Positions 1 to 4,577 of a stretch of 5,814 bases of DNA are shown one piece after another. Both the position numbers and the translations under genes were made by a program. Every line of letters starts with the position of its first letter. Position 1 is the stretch's first letter. The DNA comes from Okeania sp. (lineage in GTDB: Bacteria > Cyanobacteriota > Cyanobacteriia > Cyanobacteriales > Microcoleaceae): NCBI RefSeq assembly GCF_035285525.1, contig NZ_JAYKGW010000074.1, forward strand, positions 1 through 5,814, given 5' to 3'. The notes under the pieces are model-generated. The model was given only the letters and a program-made list of their open reading frames with translations, had not been told where the DNA came from and did not search any database.

Positions 1-3000
1 ATCCATTTTTTAGCATTCAGTTTATCAAGTTTATTTACAAAAAAGGATTAATTTTTTATGATTATCAACAAAATAAATGGTTGTTTGATTTATCAGAAAT
101 AAAAATTTTGGCAGGGAGTGGGGATGTGGTGGAGTTGATGGCTGCTGAAATTAAAAAATTACCATTAGAAACTCAAGAATTATTAAAATTAGCAGCTTGT
201 ATTAGTAATCAGTTTGACTTAGAAACTCTCTCAGTTGTATCAGAGAGATCTATTTCAGAAACGGCTTTGTTTTTGTGGAATGCTTTATCAGAAGGATTGA
301 TTTTGCCAGCAGATGAAGCTTACAAATTTTATCAGGGAGAACACTATGATAATTTGCCAGAAATAACAAATATAGAAACACCGATTTATCATTTTCTCCA
401 CGACCGAGTACAACAGGCAGCTTATAGTCTAATTCCGGAACAAAATAAGCAAGAAACTCATTTAAAAATTGGCAGACTCTTATTGAAAAATACCGCGAAT
501 GAGGAATTAGAAGAAAAAATATTTGAAATTGTAAATCAATTGAATTATGGTGTGGAATTAATTACAGAAAAAGATGCTAGGGAAGAGTTGGCAAGTTTAA
601 ATTTAAGAGCGGGAACTAAAGCTAAAATATCTACTGCTTATCAAACAGCAATATCTTATTTACAGACAGGAATAAACTTATTAACTGAAAATAGTTGGCA
701 AACCCAATATCAATTAACATTGGCATTACATGAAGAAGCAGTAGAAACTAACTACTTAAATGGTGACTTTGCAGAAATGGATAAATTAGTCGATATTGTA
801 TTAGAAAAAGCTAATAATATCTTGGAGAAAATGAAAGTTTATGAAACCAAAATACAAGCTTACATTACTATGACTAAACTCCAAGAAGCTTTAACTATAG
901 GTTTATCTGTTTTGTCACTTCTTGGTATGATCTTTCCGACAAATATAACTGAATCGTATATTAAAGAATACTTGCAAAACACTGAAGCTAACTTGAGGGA
1001 AAAAAATATCTCTGAGTTGATTAATTTACCACTGTTGGAAGAGCCAGAAAAGTTAGCAGTTCTTCGCATTTTATCATCACTTTTTTCGATTGTATTTGTT
1101 TCTAATCCGGCATTATTGCCATTGATAATATGTAAGCAAATAAATCTATCTTTAAATTCGGGAATATCTACGTTTTTTGCTTTTGCTTGTACCGCCTATG
1201 GTTTTCTCTTGTGTACTATAGAACAAGATATTGATACTGGATATCAGTTTGGTAGACTTGCCTGCGAGCTATTAGAAAAATTTAATAGTAAAGACCAGAA
1301 AACAAAAATATTTCAATTTACTTACACTGGAATTGAATATAGAAAAATTCATGTTCAACAAACTTTTCCTCATTTGCTAGAAGCTTATAAAATAGGTTTA
1401 GAAACGGGAGATTTAGAATATGCTGCTTATAGTATTCTTCATTACTGTGGTTATTCTTACTTGGCAGGTATATCTCTAGATCAACTACAGCAAGAAATAG
1501 AAAATTATAGTAATTCTCTAAAGCAGCTTAAACAAGAAAATAATTATTATTATAATCAGATTTATTATCAAGTTGTGTTGAATTTACTAGGCTATGAAGA
1601 AAATCCTGAATTGTTATCAGGTAAAGCTTTTAATGAGGAAAAATTTATTCCTTTCTATGAAAATATTAAGGACCGCTATGGTTTATTTCAAATCTACTTC
1701 AATAAATTAATTCTCTCTTATTTATTGGGAAATTTTCAGCAATCAAAAGATTATGTCGCGCGAGCAGAAGAATATGTTGAGGGTGGTGTCACGGGGTTCT
1801 TTTATTTTCCAGTATATTGTTTTTATAGTTCCCTAGCTTTACTAGCTTTTTACCCTAATTCAAAAGTTGCAGAACTAGATAAAATCCTAGAAAAAGTAAC
1901 AGCTTATGGCGAAAAAATGAAATTCTGGGCACAACACGCACCCACAAATTATTCCCATAAATACTATTTAATAGAAGCAGAAAAACAAAGAATATTAGGA
2001 AATAAAATAGCAGCTATCGAAGCTTACGAACAAGCGATCGCTCTCGCTACAGAAAATAAATACATTCAAGAAGCAGCTTTAGCAAACGAACTGTCTGCCA
2101 AATTTTATCTAGACTGGGGGAAAACCAAAATTGCTCAGACCTACATGATCGAAGCATACTATAGATATCTTGACTGGGGAGCAGTTGCTAAAATCAAAGA
2201 TTTGGAAAAACGCTACCCACAACTACTCGCTCCAGTATTACTTAGCTCCGATGAAAACGCAAACGCGATCGGTAGAAATATTAGCTATTCTTATACCTCT
2301 AGCAGCAAAAGTGAAAATAGTCTAGACTTAGCAACTGTACTCAAAGTTTCTCAAACACTTTCTGGAGAAGTAAAGTTAGAAGGTTTGCTCTCTACTTTAA
2401 TGGAACTGATGATGGAAAATGCGGGGGCACAAAAATGCGCTCTTATTCTCCTGCAAGAGCAACAGTTAATATTGGAAGCAATGACTTCTGTTGTTGGTAC
2501 AGCTATCCCTAGCGATCCTAATCAATATCTCCAAAATTTCCAGCGCCCTCAAATACCCGTTTCCAGAACTCAAGAGTTACCCCAAACGTTAATTAATTAT
2601 GTCTGGCGAACTGAAAAATTTCAAGTATTTGATGATGTCACCACAGAAACAATATGGATAAATGACCCTTATTTTCAACGACAGCAACCTAAATCTATAT
2701 TATGTACTCCAATTATTAAACAAGGTAAAATTATAGGGATTATCTACTTAGAAAATAATTTAACAACAGGTGCATTTACTTCGGAAAGACTAGAGCTATT
2801 AGAAATGATTACTACCCAAGTAGCTATTTCTTTAGAAAATGCTTTTCTTTACAATACTTTAGAACAAAAAGTCGAGCGACGTACCCAACAATTAAACGAA
2901 AAAAATCAAGCTTTAGCTCAAACTTTAGAAGAGTTAAATGAAAAAAATCAAGCTTTAGCTCAAACTTTAGAAGAATTAAAAAAGACTCAAACTCAACTCA

Positions 3001-3800
3001 TTCAAACGGAAAAAATGTCATCTTTAGGACAGTTAGTTGCTGGAGTTGCTCACGAAATTAATAATCCAGTTAACTTTATTTATGGCAATATAGATTATGC
3101 TCAAGAATATGCTCAAGATTTATTAGATGTCATTAATATTTATCAGGAAAATTATCCCGAACCTGTTAATGAAGTCAAAGATATTTTAGAAGATGTGGAG
3201 TTAGATTTTTTAGTTGAAGATTTGCCCAAAACATTAAATTCGATGAAAGTAGGAGCTGAACGAATTAAAAAAATTGTTCAATCTCTACGGAATTTTTCTC
3301 GTCTGGATGAATCAGAAGTTAAAAATGTAGATATACATGAAGGAATAGATTCTACTTTGATGATTCTCCAAAATTATCTCAAAGGTAGACCTAATGAATT
3401 AGAAATTAAAGTTATTAAAAATTACGGTCAATTACCTAAGGTTAAATGTTATCCTGGAGAACTAAATCAGGTATTTATGAATATTATTGGTAATGCTCTT
3501 GATGCACTAGAGAATATAAGAGATAAAAATAGTAATTCTTTTCCTCAAATTACTATTACTACAGAAATAGAAGCAGAAAAATTTATGATAATTCGGATTG
3601 CTGATAATGGTATGGGTATAAGTGAGGAGGTGCAACAGCGGATGTTTGATCCTTTTTATACGACAAAAAAAGTAGGGAAAGGTACGGGGTTAGGTTTAGC
3701 CATTAGTTATCAAATTGTGGTGGAACATCATCAAGGAAATTTAGAATGTATTTCTACTCCCGGAAAAGGTTCAGAATTTGTAATTTCTATTCCTGTTTGA
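1..3800 (+). CDS. 5'-partial CDS: C-terminal ~1265 codons of a giant multidomain sensor kinase (AAA/STAND-type ATPase helical and TPR-like region, GAF, HisKA/DHp, HATPase_c), HstK-like Ser/Thr-His hybrid kinase family
   Basis: My translation shows the 81..3800 frame has no stop back to base 3 (PFFSIQFIKFIYKKGLIFYDYQQNKW then LFDLSEIK...), so the CDS enters from upstream and TTG-81 is not the start. From memory, FLHDRVQQAAYSLIPE, YLDWGA.AK...LEKRYPQLL and LKLAACISNQFDLETL are hallmark motifs of cyanobacterial STK-AAA-TPR-GAF-HK proteins. A complete HK core is present: H-box VAGVAHEINNP, N-box NQVFMNIIGNALDAL, G1 DNGMGI, F-box FDPFYTTK, G2 GTGLGLAIS. Stop TGA at 3798-3800. Confidence 0.93.
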   Translation, partial: PFFSIQFIKFIYKKGLIFYDYQQNKWLFDLSEIKILAGSGDVVELMAAEIKKLPLETQELLKLAACISNQFDLETLSVVSERSISETALFLWNALSEGLILPADEAYKFYQGEHYDNLPEITNIETPIYHFLHDRVQQAAYSLIPEQNKQETHLKIGRLLLKNTANEELEEKIFEIVNQLNYGVELITEKDAREELASLNLRAGTKAKISTAYQTAISYLQTGINLLTENSWQTQYQLTLALHEEAVETNYLNGDFAEMDKLVDIVLEKANNILEKMKVYETKIQAYITMTKLQEALTIGLSVLSLLGMIFPTNITESYIKEYLQNTEANLREKNISELINLPLLEEPEKLAVLRILSSLFSIVFVSNPALLPLIICKQINLSLNSGISTFFAFACTAYGFLLCTIEQDIDTGYQFGRLACELLEKFNSKDQKTKIFQFTYTGIEYRKIHVQQTFPHLLEAYKIGLETGDLEYAAYSILHYCGYSYLAGISLDQLQQEIENYSNSLKQLKQENNYYYNQIYYQVVLNLLGYEENPELLSGKAFNEEKFIPFYENIKDRYGLFQIYFNKLILSYLLGNFQQSKDYVARAEEYVEGGVTGFFYFPVYCFYSSLALLAFYPNSKVAELDKILEKVTAYGEKMKFWAQHAPTNYSHKYYLIEAEKQRILGNKIAAIEAYEQAIALATENKYIQEAALANELSAKFYLDWGKTKIAQTYMIEAYYRYLDWGAVAKIKDLEKRYPQLLAPVLLSSDENANAIGRNISYSYTSSSKSENSLDLATVLKVSQTLSGEVKLEGLLSTLMELMMENAGAQKCALILLQEQQLILEAMTSVVGTAIPSDPNQYLQNFQRPQIPVSRTQELPQTLINYVWRTEKFQVFDDVTTETIWINDPYFQRQQPKSILCTPIIKQGKIIGIIYLENNLTTGAFTSERLELLEMITTQVAISLENAFLYNTLEQKVERRTQQLNEKNQALAQTLEELNEKNQALAQTLEELKKTQTQLIQTEKMSSLGQLVAGVAHEINNPVNFIYGNIDYAQEYAQDLLDVINIYQENYPEPVNEVKDILEDVELDFLVEDLPKTLNSMKVGAERIKKIVQSLRNFSRLDESEVKNVDIHEGIDSTLMILQNYLKGRPNELEIKVIKNYGQLPKVKCYPGELNQVFMNIIGNALDALENIRDKNSNSFPQITITTEIEAEKFMIIRIADNGMGISEEVQQRMFDPFYTTKKVGKGTGLGLAISYQIVVEHHQGNLECISTPGKGSEFVISIPV
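2034..2041. repeat. HIP1 octamer GCGATCGC
   Basis: Exact palindromic octamer read directly from the sequence. Confidence 0.9.
2322..2852 (+). other. GAF domain region of gene 1 (approximate boundaries)
   Basis: The segment LDLATVLKVSQTLSGEVKLEGLLSTLMELMMENAGAQKCALILL ... IIKQGKIIGIIYLENNLTTGAFTSERLELLEMITTQVAISLENAFLY has the typical GAF start and end pattern seen upstream of HisKA in this family. Assigned by motif recognition only; no HMM was run. Confidence 0.7.
2892..2975 (+). repeat. In-frame perfect-register tandem duplication, 2 x 42 bp (LNEKNQALAQTLEE x2), in the coiled-coil linker between GAF and DHp
   Basis: 2892-2933 and 2934-2975 match at 40 of 42 nt. Both differences are synonymous third-position transitions (aac/aat at 2897 vs 2939; gag/gaa at 2933 vs 2975). 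Confidence 0.95.
3006..3310 (+). other. HisKA/DHp dimerisation-phosphoacceptor region of gene 1, with the putative phospho-His codon CAC at 3051-3053
   Basis: H-box MSSLGQLVAGVAHEINNPVNFIYGN, and a second helix ending ERIKKIVQSLRNFSR. Boundaries are approximate. Confidence 0.8.
3327..3797 (+). other. HATPase_c (Bergerat-fold) catalytic domain of gene 1
   Basis: N-box LNQVFMNIIGNALDAL, G1 IADNGMGI, F-box MFDPFYTTK and G2 GKGTGLGLAIS all occur in canonical order up to the stop codon. No receiver domain follows. Confidence 0.85.
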
Positions 3801-3829
3801 AGGAAGAAGCTAGAATAAATCAGAAACAA

Positions 3830-3961
3830 GAAAGAGAGAATAAACTTTTAATCAAAAACCATAAACTATAGAAATAATTATCTCAAATTTGAAGTAAGAA
3901 GAAAGAGAGAATAAACCTTTAATAAAAAAGGAGCAACGATAGAAATAACTATCTTAAATTA
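3830..3961. repeat. Imperfect direct tandem repeat, period 71 bp, two units, plus a degenerate partial unit at about 3806-3829
   Basis: Ungapped hand alignment of 3830-3890 against 3901-3961 gives 51 of 61 identical positions. Shared blocks are GAAAGAGAGAATAAAC, TTTAAT.AAAAA and ATAGAAATAA.TATCT.AAATT. It starts 30 nt after the gene 1 stop codon. Confidence 0.8.
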
Positions 3962-4194
3962 ATTGGAGCAGCTACTTTTAAGCATTTTTGACATCTACCT
4001 TTTTATAGATGTAACCCACTTCCTGGGTTCAAAAAACTCTTGTAGTATTTTTGTGATAGAAATATGGGTAATAAATGATTAAATAAACCTTTTAGTCGAA
4101 AATATATTGTAGTATCATAACGATATTTGCTATACTTGAGTTGTCTACTTCTAAATACTGTATTTTTAACATAATTTTATTGTTAAATAAACTG

Positions 4195-4200
4195 TATAAT
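4195..4200 (+). promoter_or_regulatory. Candidate -10 hexamer TATAAT (speculative promoter for the downstream leader and gene 2)
   Basis: This is the only perfect TATAAT I found on the + strand of the spacer. There is no convincing -35 at 16-18 nt spacing, and -10-like strings are frequent by chance in DNA this AT-rich. Confidence 0.2.
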
Positions 4201-4240
4201 TTCTCTGGTTATTTTTGTTACTATAGCAATCATAAATAGG

Positions 4241-4359
4241 TTGTGATACTAAATCCGGTTTACATTGGAAGTTTATTATCAAGGTAAAATAGAAAGCAGA
4301 AAGAAGAGTTAGAAAGATTTAGACAAAGTAGCTTTTAATAACCGGATTTAGTATGACAA
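4241..4359. repeat. Inverted repeat with 20-nt arms (19/20 complementary, 15 contiguous) flanking a 79-nt purine-rich loop; either a MITE-like element or a long RNA stem-loop
   Basis: 4241-4260 (ttgtgatactaaatccggtt) is the reverse complement of 4340-4359 (aaccggatttagtatgacaa), apart from a G4245/G4355 mismatch. I checked every pair by hand. Confidence 0.85.
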
Positions 4360-4505
4360 ATCAAAAAGTAAATAAAAAAACTGTAACTCCTACCTGTTCC
4401 CTCTGTGGGTACACATTCCGCAAGGGTTTTATCGTTGTCGCGGGGTCTAACCGTTTGCGTCTGTTGCCGACGCTGGATGAGACCGCTGTTAAGCATTCCC
4501 TATAG
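4353..4505 (+). CDS. Hypothetical 50-aa small ORF (MTNQKVNKKTVTPTCSLCGYTFRKGFIVVAGSNRLRLLPTLDETAVKHSL); low confidence
   Basis: ATG at 4353 to TAG at 4503-4505, with an in-frame stop upstream at 4329-4331. There is no clear Shine-Dalgarno. Four of six frames are open across this GC-rich stretch, so the open frame alone is weak evidence. Codon usage (CTG/TTG/CTC, AAG, CGY, GAG) differs from the neighbouring genes (TTA, AAA, AGA, GAA). Confidence 0.2.
   Translation: MTNQKVNKKTVTPTCSLCGYTFRKGFIVVAGSNRLRLLPTLDETAVKHSL
4381..4505 (+). other. GC-rich compositional island: candidate structured RNA or leader element, or the body of a small gene (alternative to the next feature)
   Basis: Hand count gives 65 G+C in 120 nt (4381-4500), or 54%, against 10 of 60 at 4141-4200. 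It contains an imperfect hairpin at 4440-4486: G4440-C4486, C4441-G4485, GGUC 4444-4447 with GACC 4481-4484, CCG 4451-4453 with UGG 4474-4476 (one G-U), and GCGUC 4457-4461 with GACGC 4469-4473, closing a 7-nt loop. Confidence 0.45.
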
Positions 4506-4559
4506 TATCACTGAAATAGGATTGTTATAAAATACATTATCTATAAATAAAATTAACTG

Positions 4560-4577
4560 ATGCAGATGCAGATGCAG
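4560..4577 (+). repeat. (ATGCAG)x3 hexanucleotide tandem repeat forming the first six codons (MQMQMQ) of gene 2
   Basis: Read directly from the sequence. It gives three in-frame ATG codons, at 4560, 4566 and 4572. Confidence 0.9.

Noticed and set aside
81-83. TTG at 81 as the start codon of gene 1
   Set aside because: The frame has no stop from base 3. The upstream residues (GLIFYDYQQNKW) continue the conserved family region, so the gene is simply truncated by the window edge.
860-1069. 69-aa minus-strand ORF from the ORF track
   Set aside because: It lies entirely antisense within the well-supported gene 1 coding frame. Its composition is low-complexity (S/I/K/F-rich), typical of the reverse strand of AT-rich genes, and it has no recognisable motifs.
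3928-3933. Consensus Shine-Dalgarno AAGGAG inside the second tandem-repeat unit
   Set aside because: There is no ATG, GTG or TTG within 5-12 nt downstream, and stops occur in the following sequence.
3830-3961. A CRISPR array, because the 71-bp period fits repeat plus spacer
   Set aside because: There are only two units. Similarity is spread over nearly the whole unit (51/61), not split into a perfect ~36-nt repeat and a unique ~35-nt spacer. The conserved blocks are imperfect, and no cas genes are present.
3988-3993. Perfect -35 hexamer TTGACA
   Set aside because: No acceptable -10 lies at 16-18 nt spacing (GTAACC/TGTAAC), and the nearest TATAGA is only 10 nt away.
3992-4029. Two adjacent short hairpins (CATCTA-N8-TAGATG at 3992-4011; AACCCA-N5-TGGGTT at 4013-4029) as an intrinsic terminator for gene 1
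   Set aside because: The stems are only 6 bp. Neither is followed by a U-run on the plus strand (an A-run follows), and on the minus strand the T-run comes before the hairpin rather than after it.
4026-4034. A tRNA T-loop-like string, GGTTCAAAA
   Set aside because: No complementary T-stem strand follows, and no acceptor, D or anticodon arms can be drawn around it.
4473-4481. CUGGAUGAG resembling the hammerhead CUGAUGA core, and GAGACC resembling part of a B12 box
   Set aside because: The extra G breaks the hammerhead core, and no matching GAAA/UH elements or three-way junction are present. Only 6 nt of the B12 box match, and the rest of the cobalamin riboswitch consensus is absent.
4335-4496. 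53-aa minus-strand ORF (MLNSGLIQRRQQTQTVRPRDNDKTLAECVPTEGTGRSYSFFIYFLICHTKSGY) antisense to the GC island
   Set aside because: The open frame is expected from the lack of AT-rich stop codons in a GC-rich stretch, where four of six frames are open. There are no motifs, no ribosome-binding site and no promoter evidence. I kept it only as an alternative inside the island finding.
4503-4511. TAGTATCAC, perfectly complementary to GTGATACTA at 4243-4251, which would give an alternative pairing bracketing the GC island; related strings occur at 4110-4118 and 4053-4058
   Set aside because: By a rough estimate, chance 9-mer matches are expected in about 760 bp of AT-rich sequence. Without covariation it cannot be told apart from coincidence.
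3801-4559. NtcA-type sites (GTA-N8-TAC) and other named cyanobacterial operator motifs in the spacer
   Set aside because: I checked every GTA in the spacer by hand, and none is followed by TAC at an 8-nt spacing.
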